A DNA stretch of 64,000 bases from Anolis carolinensis (taxonomy: Eukaryota). Each line of letters starts with the position of its first letter. Positions within the stretch are counted from its first letter, which is position 1. The stretch covers positions 276,009,749 to 276,073,748 of the forward strand of contig NC_085842.1 of the NCBI RefSeq assembly GCF_035594765.1. Direction: 5' to 3'. Made by a program: the position numbers and the translations under genes. The notes beneath the pieces were generated by a model. The model saw only the letters and a program-made list of their open reading frames with translations. It was not told where the DNA came from and did no database searches. Shown here piece by piece: positions 13,301 through 25,080 of the stretch.

Positions 13301-14141
13301 GTAGGCGGTTGACGTTTTCCTGAGACAGCTCTCCTTGCAGCGCCTTCGCCAGGATGTTGGCACGAACCCTCTTCTGAGCTGCATCTTGTTGGACACGTGT
13401 GAGCTTTAACTTTGCTTCTAATTCAGTTTGAGCCTGCTCGAAGTTCAGGCTTAGCTCTGCTGCTGCTGCCTCAGCTTCCGCCTCGAGGATCTTCTCCTGT
13501 AGCTCCATGCGCTTGGCTTCCTTGTTGTAGAAGGCCGCCATCGATGAGGAGCTGCTCCTTGAAACAGAAGATCCTGGCGTGGAGTCATGTCTGCTGTTTG
13601 ACTTCCTGCTGAGGTAGCTGTGCTTGCTATGGGCAGAAGCACTTCCCTGACCGCTCTTAGCACTCAAGGCCTTCAGGGAATGCCTAAGGAGCTCAGAACT
13701 CACACTATGAGTGGGAGAAGCTTGATCATCCCTTTCCCTTCTGGGGGAGGGGCTAAAGTCAGCTACATGAAACAGGTGTGCATAACTTAGCTCCCTATGT
13801 TTAACACTATTTAGAAACTGTAGAGCTCTAAGATCTGCTTCCTGGTTGTTTATTTTGCTAAGCACCTGTGTGATGCCATCCACTAGGGCTCTCCATTTGT
13901 TAATCAGAACCTTGAGATTAGCCCTGATACATTGAGACTCCCTACTGTCTTTAGAACCTTCTAGTTGACCATCAAGGTTAACAATAGAAAGCCAGACGCT
14001 TTCAGCCTTATTTGTCAGCTGAGCCTCTTCTAGCAAAAGCAGGTCTAAAGCCTTTTGGGTAGGATGAATTGAACCCTGAGATCTCAAACTATAAGCTTTT
14101 CCCTCTGATTTTGCAGAGCCTAGAGTATGAGCCATAATCAC
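10311..14141 (-). CDS. BEL/Pao Gag-protease ORF fused in frame to the RNase H tail and integrase N-terminal part; RT absent (1276 aa)
   Basis: Triple Cys/His knuckles CPLH..HSLAGC, CFRCC..HQSKSC, CEVC..HCSAMH; protease YVALDNQSDSSL; LLIG...TPLGWTIQGP; WLTGPECL; integrase HHCC H.KVQH...CVTC; no YVDD-type RT motif. Confidence 0.92.
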   Translation of the reverse strand: MIMAHTLGSAKSEGKAYSLRSQGSIHPTQKALDLLLLEEAQLTNKAESVWLSIVNLDGQLEGSKDSRESQCIRANLKVLINKWRALVDGITQVLSKINNQEADLRALQFLNSVKHRELSYAHLFHVADFSPSPRRERDDQASPTHSVSSELLRHSLKALSAKSGQGSASAHSKHSYLSRKSNSRHDSTPGSSVSRSSSSSMAAFYNKEAKRMELQEKILEAEAEAAAAELSLNFEQAQTELEAKLKLTRVQQDAAQKRVRANILAKALQGELSQENVNRLPTPPSTPLLPAHDGFQDNKLVQVDSVIVPRRQVEESRARSPEPPTQVARPIETRVSPIPEITDVPLKGPSSFEKNFTFTPDQKPLPFLQTPQSQLESLFRNPKKDLRDKGVEKFSDRPEDFLLWKKTFQRAIQNLRLTSEEELTLMVAWLGPTSAHQVRRIFSALIDQPERALDTAWTRLNQRYGSSTQIEASLMDRLHKFPVLKPKDFEQLWDLSDLLVELQSAKGNPQLPGFACLDQHLSQTAITQRLPFFLQEEWGREVFRYKQANHQVYPPFTHLVDFVTNAAMQLNDPQTGFPTLYGAPRTDRPIKETKKPAKDSNTKRNIAVKTTETIPSLPDAKMTPKEVLCPLHAKPHSLAGCREFAKKPHPDKVEILKKSRICFRCCGATPHQSKSCKEEVKCEVCQSVRHCSAMHDKDFVPLKAKSGATSQRTPEVHPEDSAGPSLGTEAPPVACTQLCGSPKKTRICHPICLADVYPASKPWMKKRMYVALDNQSDSSLATPDFFSFFKGQAKTIDYCISTCMGKQRRQGRVASGFIISPCGKDIRFELPDLIECASIPRNKDQIATREVVQAHPHLKGLQDLIPPFEPGIDIVLLIGSNCPSLMSIRAEKRGPPGAPLAQKTPLGWTIQGPVCVNRMHPPSSLCPDQPNILSCGRVTLMQSCLSHISVCCQGVSSELTTDDNPENITIRDATAHKTLSSTWLTGPECLANPDFPKVFSFTEEPDLPEVQSCKATSLEPSKLFGTLNPSIFERFSSWPTLKGMVARLFHLAVHKKGGNPQGLDLLKAENLILRSVQRDTFKKEVDCLQRGASLPEDSCIKLLNPFLDSQGVLRVGGRLNRSKLSDYIKNPIIIPKGHLATLLVRYAHSKVQHQGRALTEGALRNQGFWLVNARRLVSSVIYKCVTCKRLRASCQSQLMSELPPDRTQIDPPFTHIGITIRSNCSTNFVGATKELDCVFKFAKDHSVNRYLSSEKVTWLFNVPHASHMGGGGCGNV

Positions 14142-14728
14142 AAATTAAGCAAACAAAATGGCAATGCAGTTACAAAAGCACACTCAAAACTTATTACTTT
14201 AAAGCAAGAAATAAGAACACAGCAATAAATCAGTTGCAAACAAACTCCTGCAAGCACCAAGGAGTTTGCAAAACCCCTTTTGCAGGCACCTGGTAGATGA
14301 AGTAGCAAGCACTGTGCAGACTTAGTCCTGATGCTACTGGAACAAAATGTTGCAATTTGCTGTGGAAAGCTTGCTTCTGCAGAGCGAATGTAGCAAATGC
14401 TGTGCAGGACTTGCTTCAAAAAGGGCGGGAAAGGCTTGCTTCTGTTGCTGGATCAAAATGTTGCAAACTGTTGTGGAAGGCTTGCTTTTGCAGAGGCTGC
14501 TGCAAATGTAGCAAACTTGGAAGAAAGGAGGAATGCACCGGCCCCTCCCTTCTGGTCACATGGGCTGTCTTCCAAGATGGCCGAAAATGCAGGAACACAT
14601 TCACATGGATAGCAGGTAATGGAGGCTTGGAATGGTCCTGAACTGGCTCCCTTATGCACTGTCTTTTAGCTTTTTCAAGTCCTTTACTTTACTCCCGGGT
14701 GGCAGAAGCCACCAGCTCCCTATTTCAA

Positions 14729-15435
14729 TGTTCTGTCACGTGCTGGGCCTGTGACTGACTGTCTGTTATGTAGGACATATGCTTTACGCCCAGCGGGAAG
14801 CCAGGGGCCTAAAAGAAGGGTCGTTGAGGAGTTTTCCTGAAAAGATGGCCTTGAAGTCTTTAAAGAAATAACAAAGTCTTTATTGACGAACAAATAATAA
14901 ATCTTCAAGGAGTCTTGTCCCACAGGACAGGCGATAGGCTTTGAATAACTGTGAAAACCCTCTTATAACCCCTCCCAGGCTATCTGTTATCTGGGCCTAG
15001 CTAGTCTGGGACCCACTGCCAACTCCAAGTGCGTCTGGTTGTTGAGTGGACCTACCAGCCAATGGCTTGCAGATGTTTCTGTGCTGTGGTCGTATCCCTG
15101 GACAGTCAATATCCCTGGGGTTCTTTAACCTTGGTGCTCTTTATCCCCGGTGGTCTTTAACCCTGGTGGTCTTTATCCCTGGAGGTCTTTAACCCTGGAG
15201 GTCTTTATCCCTGGTATTCTTGAAATAGGAAGCCTTTTACGGGACGAGTTGGTTTATGTCCTACAGCTGAGCTTCCTAAGAGAGACTAACTTAAAAATGG
15301 CTCCTTCCCTCCCAGAGCCCTGAACAGGGGGCAGAACCAAACTTAATGGTGACAGACAGGTGGCCTGTCCTATGGCTGCAAACATTTGCAGCAAGAAAGT
15401 AAAATAGAAGGTTCTGGTACAGCTGTACCAGCACA
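14729..15435 (-). repeat. 5' LTR of BEL/Pao element
   Basis: Near-identical to 8992-9698; minus-strand CATAAA (15253-15258), TATAA (14963-14967) and AATAAA (14879-14884). Confidence 0.96.
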
Positions 15436-18400
15436 AGACTCAACATCTAATGCAAGACACATGAAGCAATGCAACTGCTCCCAGAAATTCCAGCACTAAA
15501 AAGGAAAAGATCAAGTTCTCTAATAAATGTATGAACCCTGTCTGATTTTATATAGAAGTCATACAATATAAAAATATTATAGCACAATTTCACCACTTGA
15601 TAAATTTATTGGAAAATCCATTAGCACTAAAAAAAATCTTGCTACATCACTACATCAAACTAGTGGCAGAAAGCATCAGCTGCAGTTATTAATTTCTCTT
15701 TATTTGGTTCTTACATTGCAAAAGTATAGGCTTATTCATGAGACTTCAGAGAAAAAAACATTCTTCTATCCGTTCATGGAAAAAAACAAAGGGACTACTA
15801 AATAATTCATCACAGCCACCCACTTACCAGGATCTCTCTAACCTAAGGCACTAAATGCCCTTGCTTACTAACACCATAAATAACTGTTCACAACCCTCTA
15901 GAGAAGGTTAGGTGCATGTGTTCTCATATAGGGTGGGTATTACATTAAAAAAAACCAAATTACAGATAATTAGGCCTCCATATATGTTAATTATTCATTA
16001 ATACCTTTTTTGCTAGATCAGTTGATTCAGGCGAGCATCTTTTAAAAAAAAACATGCTCAGTCACAGTTCATACCAGCAACCTAATATGCACATATATGA
16101 ATATAATAGACTATATATTGTAGTAGATGAGATTTATATACTGTACAACGAATATTCTACTATAGGTTTTTGAAACAGTAATAAGAAATTGATGCTCCTT
16201 TTCAAAACCAATTTAAGATCACTTAACAAAACAAAAACAAAAAAAACAAGCCAGCTTCTATATTTTAAACATGAGTATACAAGATTTCTGAAAGCCACAA
16301 TGCTTCCTGTAGGATAAGAGGGAGTACTTGCCTTCCTCTGGGTAAAGGTAAGTTTGATATGCCAGCAGTGCCCATGCTCAAATATTACTATGGGCATTCT
16401 GTGCTTTGTAATTCCATTTGCTTGCTTTTCAGGTACTCGAGCTGGCTGCATGAATACTTCTCATGCTAGACAGAGGACTGGAATAATTATTTTTGACACT
16501 GCTAATCACTTACATGGAACATGAAGAGGGTTGGAGCAGACAAAATCAACCTTCACCTTCCAAAAATAGGCAAGTTCTCCCATTTAGATCCAGTTGACCT
16601 TACAAGTCCCTACAAAACCACCAAAGTGGGGGACTAACATCTGTTCTTTGCAACTCATTCCCACAAATATGGTGAGATATATTACAATAAAAGTAACTCT
16701 TTTTCATCCACTATAGAAATAATCTTGCATTCCACATTTATAAGACAGACATAGGTGGCAGGCCACAGTCCATCCTAACATGGGAGGAAACAGTCTCCTT
16801 TTCATAATCATGCAGTCATCAGTTACAAGTTTCCTCTAAATTTAAAAGGGTGAGGTAAGCTTTTGTGTACTTTAGCTTCATTTGTAAGATAATCTTCATT
16901 GGCTGAAAGCCAAAACCTTGCCTCAACTTTACTATTTAAGAAGCTTCTTTATTGTTTCCAACAATATTACAGAAGCTTGTTTCTGGAGCTAACCACAAAA
17001 CATGTTAATTTCTGAAAGTATATTCATTGTTCAGTCTCCATGGCATCAACAAAAACATCTTCAAGTAGTTGCTCATTAGTGATGCTCAGCACAATAATTC
17101 ATAAGAACAAATATTTGTATGCAGTTTAGATAAATCATTTTGTCTATTCAATTAAATGTCAGAAATTACCAATCTGTGTATTAATCTTTTCATTTCTAGA
17201 GTCATCTAAATTGTTCACAGCTCAGCGCACTGACATCACTCCCAGGACTGACAATGCTACTGACTTTTAAGTCAAGATATGTAGTATTTGACCTCAACTT
17301 CTAAAAACTGGAGCCTCGGGGTAAACTAATACCAGCACACCTGGGTTTTTTTCTGATCAAAGAAGCCTGGGGAAGAAATAGTTTTGAATAGAGAAATTGT
17401 GCAGGAGAATATATTTAACCCTTTTTCCCATGGTCAATTTTTGGTTCTAGACAGAACTGGCTGTTGTACATCGAGAGGTTTCCCCAAGATGTTTTGACCA
17501 CATTTCCTCTAGTTTGAAGCCATCAAATGTGAGAGAAAATACGGGGGTAGTTTTCTAGGCTGTATTACAAAGCAGTGTTTCTTTAAAAGGCATTGTTAGG
17601 TCTAAATTATACACACTTGTATGTTACATATAATTTATTTCTCAGGTTTGGTTTATATATGGAAAGATCTGATGCATCTCTCAGAAATGTAGTTTGCTCC
17701 TCACACAGTTTATATACTGAAAGAGTGGATGTATCTCTATGGAAAAATATTTGCTCATCTCTAGAGACTACCTAGGATCTACATGAACACAATTGTTCAA
17801 ATGGTTTTAATTCACTAGTTGTCAACAGAAGAATATCCAGATGTGCAGTGGTTTTTTTTTTCATAGTGAAAGGTTCTCTTCAGGGCTGGATTATCACTTC
17901 TACTATTGAAGTAAATGTGTCAGGGCTCTCAGTGACAATGCCACCCATCCTGCTGCTGGCACTACGCACATGCATATACAAGCTGTACAGAAATGTTCCT
18001 AGGAATAGAGAAGTAGGAGTATAGGCATCTCTTCCAACCCTTCCCAAAGAGTCCCCACCCTGGACGCATTTTCCATCTGCAGAGTAAATAAAGAGTGTGT
18101 TGGGGTCACTTCCTTGGCCATTCTGCCCTCCTCTTAACCTGGCAGCAATACCAACATGCCACAACATGAAGCTGCCACACCAACAGCAGAATTTGAGCAT
18201 TAGTCCAAAGGGGGTTCTAGCTTAGAAAGTGATCCAGGACCCGAACCACCTCAGTCTAGCCCCTTTTCACTTAATAAGAATTCTAGACAGGATTTTCCCT
18301 ATTTAACAAGCAGAGTGCTGTTTTAATTCCAATATTCTAAGAATTATTTCTGCAACTGCAGTTAGGTATAATGTTGCTTGATAACACAAACCTATCTACC

Positions 18401-21400
18401 CCTTCGAAAATGAGTCTGACAATTATAAACTATATAAAGGAAGATCTAGCAAGGGGATGCTATGGTTTTTAACTTTGAATGTGTTTTAATGGATTTTAAC
18501 TGAATTTTTAGTGCTATTTGTGTTTAATTCTGTTTTAATATTTGTATATTTTAAATTAGATACCAATGCTTTTATGTCAAGCTGCTTTGAGACCCCTTTG
18601 GGAGATAAAGCAGGGTATAAATAAATATAACAACAACAACAACAACAACAACGGTCCAGGATATAAAGAAAGATCTCTGTTCTGATCCTCCGGGTATCTA
18701 GAGAGATGAGCTGTACATAGAAGAATAATGCACAGGATGTGAGCAGTCCAGCTATAACTGACCATGATATATATTTTTAAACTTTTATTCTATCTTTATG
18801 GGAACCACGGCAGCATGTTCAATCAACTCTGTTGTTTTGACAACCATAGTTATATGGTGATTCCATTCATATTTACACACTGTATTCAGAAAACAGAACT
18901 GCAGAAATATTGATTCTTCAGTCTATGGTATCTGAGGTATTGCGCATGACATTGTTTCATATCTTGATCTCCATGCCTTAAAATCTATATGAAGCCATTA
19001 AAGGAGATCATCTGGGAATAAGAAGTTAGTTGTCATCAGTATGTTAGTGAAGTCCAGCTTTATTTCCCCTTTGTCATCAGATTCAGCTGAGGTTGTGGAA
19101 GGGTTGATCTGCTACCTGGACTCATTGTAGGTCACTTGGGACTAGAAATGCTTTGTACCTCAGATTTTTTTTTTTGGGGGGGGGGGGGGGGTAGAGATTT
19201 TGAAATATTTGCATATAGTGTACTATAATGGCATCCAATTTTAAACATAACTTTCATTTATGCTTCCTTAACACTTCATACAGATAGCCTGAAAATAATA
19301 TTATAGACAATATCTCTCTGCATAAAACAAAGTTTGTGTACATTGAACCATCAGAATGCAGTGGTGTCACTATCCTAGCCACCAACATGAATAATTTTGG
19401 ATTATTTGGGATTTCCAGATAAAGAGTACTCAACCTGTAATAGGGTGAATGAGGATACATAATTTGAAGATGAACCTAACAGAACAGAAGCATCACGGGC
19501 TGGAGGTTATTTTTTTAAAAAGAAAGAAAGCCATTTTAATTGTTGGAACCTCAGTAGACATTTAACAATAAATAATTAAACCATAAATCTGCTAATAGTG
19601 TGCAAAGACAGTAATAAGGTATGAACAGCGTGAAACATCATCTGTAGTAAGAATATTATAGTTTCCTTTGTTCCTTGAGATTAGAATTTATTTTTTTCAT
19701 TTGTGATGCTTCCAATTATCATATGGCTAATTAGACTTCAGGATAATGCACTGTAAATAATGCCCAGAGACTGAAATCTCCATAACATGTTACACTCTAT
19801 TGCTCTGATGTGGAGGAAAAAACACATTGTTTACCAATATGCTCATCTGATCTCAGTGCCATGAGAATCTGAAGGGACCATGTTGCAAAATGGGCAAGGC
19901 TGATAATTCTCACCATTCCATTTTCTAGGCCACTTTTGGCCTTCACTCTCCATCAAGCTGCTCACTTCTGATCCCTCTACACTAATATGAAACAATTAAA
20001 TTTCATTTTTAAAGGTTCTTTATCAAACTTCTCTTCTCCGTGACAGCCCATTCATTGCAAGGAAACAATTAAATTCAAACCACTTTGTCACATTATACAA
20101 ACATTGGAGTTTTTAGAAATATCAAGCCCATTTCAATACTTAAACTCTGGCAAAACTGATCTGATGGTACTTTTAAAAAAGGTTTTCTATAACATATTGT
20201 TAAATAATTATCTCAATATAATTTGAAATTATATGGGTAGATTTCTGGCCATAATCCTTTGATAACATATGGATGCGTACATCAATTTGTGCAAGGAGCT
20301 ATTCATTATCAATTTAAGCAATGCTTTCCCATCTCACAAGCTTTCAGCAAAACGGCAACATACATTCTCTCAACCATTGGCTGGCCAGAGGAGGGTTAGA
20401 ATGGCTGGACAATATTGGGCTGGAAATAAAGAGATGTCTCCCTCACAACTCCCCTTACTGGATGGAGATCTGGAAGGAGGTTATCTATTTCTCCCAATGG
20501 CAAATGTGCAGTCCAGGAATCCACATGCTCCCTTAGCTACAATACAGCCAAATGAATGAATAGTTGGCATGCACATTAAAACCAGAGCAGCCAAACAAAA
20601 CTATGCATGTGAAGCATTATGTTTCACCCCGTGAAATGTAGAATCTTGCTCTCTGTGATTCTGTATGCTACAGCAGCAGACAGGAAGGGTAAATATTAAA
20701 AATCTATTCATTTATATTCATTTAGGCCTCTACCCTTTAGAAAGATCCAAAGATGCAGCTATATATTAAATTATATAAATATGAATGGGAGCTGTATATC
20801 TTCAGAAAAATGATGGTGCCTGCAATCTTCAAAGCAGAAGTTCTGAACAAAATCAAGTCTAATCCCCGTTTCAGATGGCCCTCCAAATGCATTGGAAGTG
20901 CTAGAAAGAATTACATGAGTTCGATGAGCTCGGAAATAGCTTCTGTCCCATGAACAAAACTGCAGAGTTAGAAATTTCCAGAAGAGATGGCATGAATTGA
21001 TAACTAGCTCTCGCCAAGCCTATGCACTCATTTTATATGTTTAAGGGATGCAAGATGATGTAGCCAGGCACTTCCTAGTAAATTAAGCCAGTTTGTAGCA
21101 AAAACTATTAACAATGTGGCTTTTAGTGGTTGCAGAAAATGGAGAAACAGCTCTCACTGCCTTGGAAACTGCCTTGGATGGGAATGATCTCACCATTTTG
21201 CCTGGGAACATGGCAGCACTTTTCAGAACAAGGGAGAAGGGATGAAGATCAGATTTCCAGTCGCATCTAGGAAGTGAAATGGGCTGTACTCCAGATCAGA
21301 GAACAAGTTTGTTGTCATGATTTCTAGTTCATTATAAGGATCCCAATACAACACCAGTAATAAAGGAATGTGTCACTCAGCTAAGGGATATGAGATAACT

Positions 21401-21987
21401 TCAGCTCAGGTTTTATTGCTGTACCCTGATCAATATCTCCATGTAATCAATAAACTATTGTTTTGGTTCCATTATGACAGACCTTGAGCCTGAATTGTAT
21501 TGGGAACTAAATGGAATCATTAGACCAATACGTTTAAGATTCTCCATCAAGATTAGGCAGTAGTAGTGATATATATTACAAACTCAATGTTCAGTTCACT
21601 GCTCACACTATAAGTCAAACCTATGTTAGGAATGAAATATGCAGCCATGGTGCCAGTGTAGAAGGGAGCTAAGTACAAATTTAGACATGGTTAGCTAGCA
21701 TTTAACAAATCTATAGAGAATAACAGTTTGGCAAAAGATACCTGTGCAGTGTTTTTAGAATGAACAGTACAAAATGCATGCAAATAGATTAATTTCATTC
21801 TCCCACTCTCTGTTTAAGGGAAAGAAATTGGCACATTCTATCCCTGCAGTATAACCAGGACTGAAGTAGTCATAATAGCCAGAGGCAGAATAAAACTTGA
21901 TTATGCACAACAAGCATGTAGCGTTCTGAGCAGCATAAAAATGCCTCTGAAACAACCTCCTTCCAACATGCTGAACACAACACTCAC

Positions 21988-22218
21988 CCAAGGTGCGGAA
22001 GGTACCAGAAGTGACAACATGAGCAAGTCACTGCAACATTCCTCCATGTACTGATGACACTGAGCCACATGATTTATCAGTCGAGCATAAACAACAGTTG
22101 GTAGGATATGATGAGCTGTCTCAGAGGACATCTGTCCTGGGGCAAGCAAGAAACTCAGATTTTGCCTCATGGCAAGCAGGTGTCTCCACAGCTTGCTAAG
22201 TTTTCCTTCAAGGGCACT
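21988..22218 (-). CDS. Host gene coding exon G (SALEGKLSKLWRHLLAMRQNLSFLL...CCSDLLMLSLLVPSAPW)
   Basis: ttttcacag| ... TGG|gtgagt; 231 nt, phase 0 to 0; lies inside track ORF 21901..22323. Confidence 0.88.
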
Positions 22219-23421
22219 CTGTGAAAACATAATACACACAGACACAAGGATTAGAATGAGTGAGAAGAAATGGTAAACATTGAGAGAATGAAAACATGCT
22301 AATGATGGCAGGTGAAAGGCCACATGCCCTAGCTATACACCTGCAGGCACCACACTGGACAAGCCAAGATTTATAAAACAATCTCTTGGGAGCATTAGCA
22401 GAGATGTCACACTCCAAATATTCTGCCTCCTCTCCTGCCCACTTTCTCAGCCATCTGTGGAGAACATGTGTTGAGGGAGCATGATCTGACAAAGCATAAA
22501 GCATAACAAAGTGCCAGACTTCTAGCTTCTTAAAACAAACAAGAAAATACAGATCAAAGCCACTGTCCAAATAATGCTGATTGCCCCCACACACAAAAGA
22601 ACAGCTCAGAGCCAGAAGATGAAAGAGGAAAAACTTTAAAATGTCCAACTTCTAAACAAGCGTATTAAGAAAGCATAAGCATGAGAATGTTTATCTTCTA
22701 CCTACCACAGAATCCTGTGTCCTTTTCTGCTTGGAAAAGGCCAGCTGTTCTTGAAATTTATTGAACACCATGTCTTCATTTAGTAAAAATATGGAGAAGT
22801 CAACCATATTTTGAAACAATCAAGACAAAAGGATTAAAAAATAAAGAAAAAAGAATGGTAGAATCTACATCTGTGCATCATAAAATTAGGTGAGTGTGTA
22901 TTCTGATAATATCAGACCAAACGTCCACTAAAAGTAATCACTCAAGACAAGTGTTTAGATGTAGGTGTTCATGCAGACATCTTCGCAAGGCAGCTTATTT
23001 GCTTGAATACCACAATACATTTCCCCCCTCGTCATTTATGTGCAATTTTGAATCCTTCAATTTCATTCAGTACTCATTTGAAGTCTCCAACTGTTACATA
23101 TAATTAAGCATTTCACAGCTGGTACCTTTTAAATTTCACAAAGGGACAACTGGAAATGAAAATCAAGTTATTTCAAGGACTGCTTTTTTTCATAATCCAG
23201 GTGCACATTTTCATGGACAAAGGGCACCAGAAAACAAATAGAAATGGCAATTTTTCTTCAAAAACGATGCTGTGTTTCACACAGATACACAAATTCTGCA
23301 CAACTAAAAAGAATATATACAAGTTTATCCCAGTCCTGAAATTTAGCACTGACCATCTATTTAAAACAGGAATCAGAAACTTTAGTGGGTGCAGGTGCCA
23401 TTTTTACCCTTGTCCAGACTT

Positions 23422-24075
23422 TAGCAGATTTTTATTTAACGTGTCAGAAGCGAATTGAGGGTACAGTTATAATGTACTTTAAAAAAAAATACACAAAACT
23501 AAAAACCTGACATTATACTAGATTTTCTTTGACTGGAAGCTGGCTACTTGGAGTGCCTCTAGTGTTGCTGTGATAAAGTCCTCCGTTGTGCATGTGGCGG
23601 GCTCAGACTGCATTGTAGTAAGTGGTCTATGGTTTGCTCTTCTCCACAACCACATGTCGTGGACTTCACTTTGTAACCCCATTCCTTAAGGTTAGCTCTG
23701 TATCTCGTCTCAGAGCGCAGTCTATTCAGTGCCTTCCAAGTCGCCCAGTCTTCTGTGTGCCCAGGAGGAAGATTCTCATCTGATATCAGCCATGGATTGA
23801 GGTTCCAGGTTTTAACCTGCCACTTTTGGACTCCTGCTTGTTGAGGTGTTCCTGCGAGTATCTCTGTAGATCTTAGAAAGCTGTTTCTTGATTTAAGGCA
23901 TTAGCATTCTGGCTGATATCCAAACAGAGGATGGGACAGAGATGTCACTGCCTTGGTACTTTTATTATTGGTTACTTCCCATGAATGTCAGGTGGTGCAA
24001 TACCTGATAAACAGTATAATTTCTCCAGCAGAGTAGGGCATAGGCATCCTGTGATAATGTGACAAGTCTCATTAA
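23422..24075 (-). mobile_element. Vingi/Ingi-like LINE 3' fragment
   Basis: Minus-strand translation LPPGHTEDWATWKALNRLRS...CGCGEEQTIDHLLQC. Confidence 0.8.
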
Positions 24076-24795
24076 GAGCTTGCAAAGCTGAAGAAGCAAC
24101 TTTCAGTATGCAACTTTAGCAGACTGCACCAGCCCATGTAGCCCCTCTAATTACTCCACATTTGTCACCTCTATTTTTTAAGATGACTACTTAGGACATA
24201 TACAGGCTCTGGGAGACTAAAATAACCTTTAAATAGATAGTTATGCCTCACAAGGACTTCAAAGAGGAAATGATTATTTTTATGCTAATTTTATTTTATG
24301 AGACTCCTGTGGGACCTCTGGTGTACCATATGTGTTCTGCTGCCCACTTCCATTAAAACATTTATATATTACCTATACATTAGTTTGTTTCATGGCAATT
24401 CTGGCAGTACACATCCAGGGACATGGGAACCTGTCACCCCATTCCCTACACTGTTTCCCCCCATCTTACCACATGGGTGAAGCATCTGCCAGCTGGCTTG
24501 CCTCATTGAGGACAATGCAATCACTGGAAGCCTCCAGTGTGGCAGCGTCAGCGACTCCAGTTCCGCAGCAGATTTGCCACGGAGCTGCCCTGGAAGTACT
24601 TCTCCGGGGTGTGATGGGAGCCGATAGGGTCCATGGCAAAGCTGCTGTAGAACCGGAGTTGCTGCCAAAATTTGCCCTTGTGAAGAGGTGACTAGTTTTA
24701 AAAATCTTATCCCAAATAAAACTTTTTTAAAAAATAGCACAATACTTTTTATTAACTGACTTAATTACTGTACATTATCCGCTAAATTGACATGT

Positions 24796-25080
24796 AGGTA
24801 AAGGTAAAGGTTTTCCCCCAAAATTAAGTCTAGTCATGTCCGATTCTGGGGGTTGATGCTCATCTCCATTTCTAAGCTGAAGAGCCGGTATTGTCCATAG
24901 ACACGTCCCAGGTCATGGAGCCAGCATGACTGCATGGAGCACTGTTAACTTCTCAAAGAAGTGATACCTATGGATCTACTCACATTTGCATGTTTTTGAA
25001 CTGCTAGATTGGCAGAACTGTCAACCTTTTGGTCAGCGAGTTCAGTGGCTCAGCGATTTAACCCACTGCGCTGCCAAGGG
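24796..25080 (-). mobile_element. Sauria SINE
   Basis: (AGGTAA)n tail followed by body sequence ctcatctccatttctaagc.gaagagccgg. Confidence 0.85.

Larger units (their letters stand above)
8992..15435 (-). mobile_element. BEL/Pao LTR retrotransposon, internally deleted (non-autonomous), recent insertion
   Basis: Two 707-bp direct repeats (TGT...ACA); 5-bp TSD AGACT at 8987-8991 and 15436-15440; internal Gag/protease/integrase motifs of BEL type. Confidence 0.96.

Noticed and set aside
14697-14714. TGGTGGCTTCTGCC as a displaced tRNA PBS for the BEL element
   Set aside because: It begins 14 nt from the LTR end, matches the Leu-type PBS only over TGGTGGC and forms a self hairpin; not fully excluded without a tRNA search.
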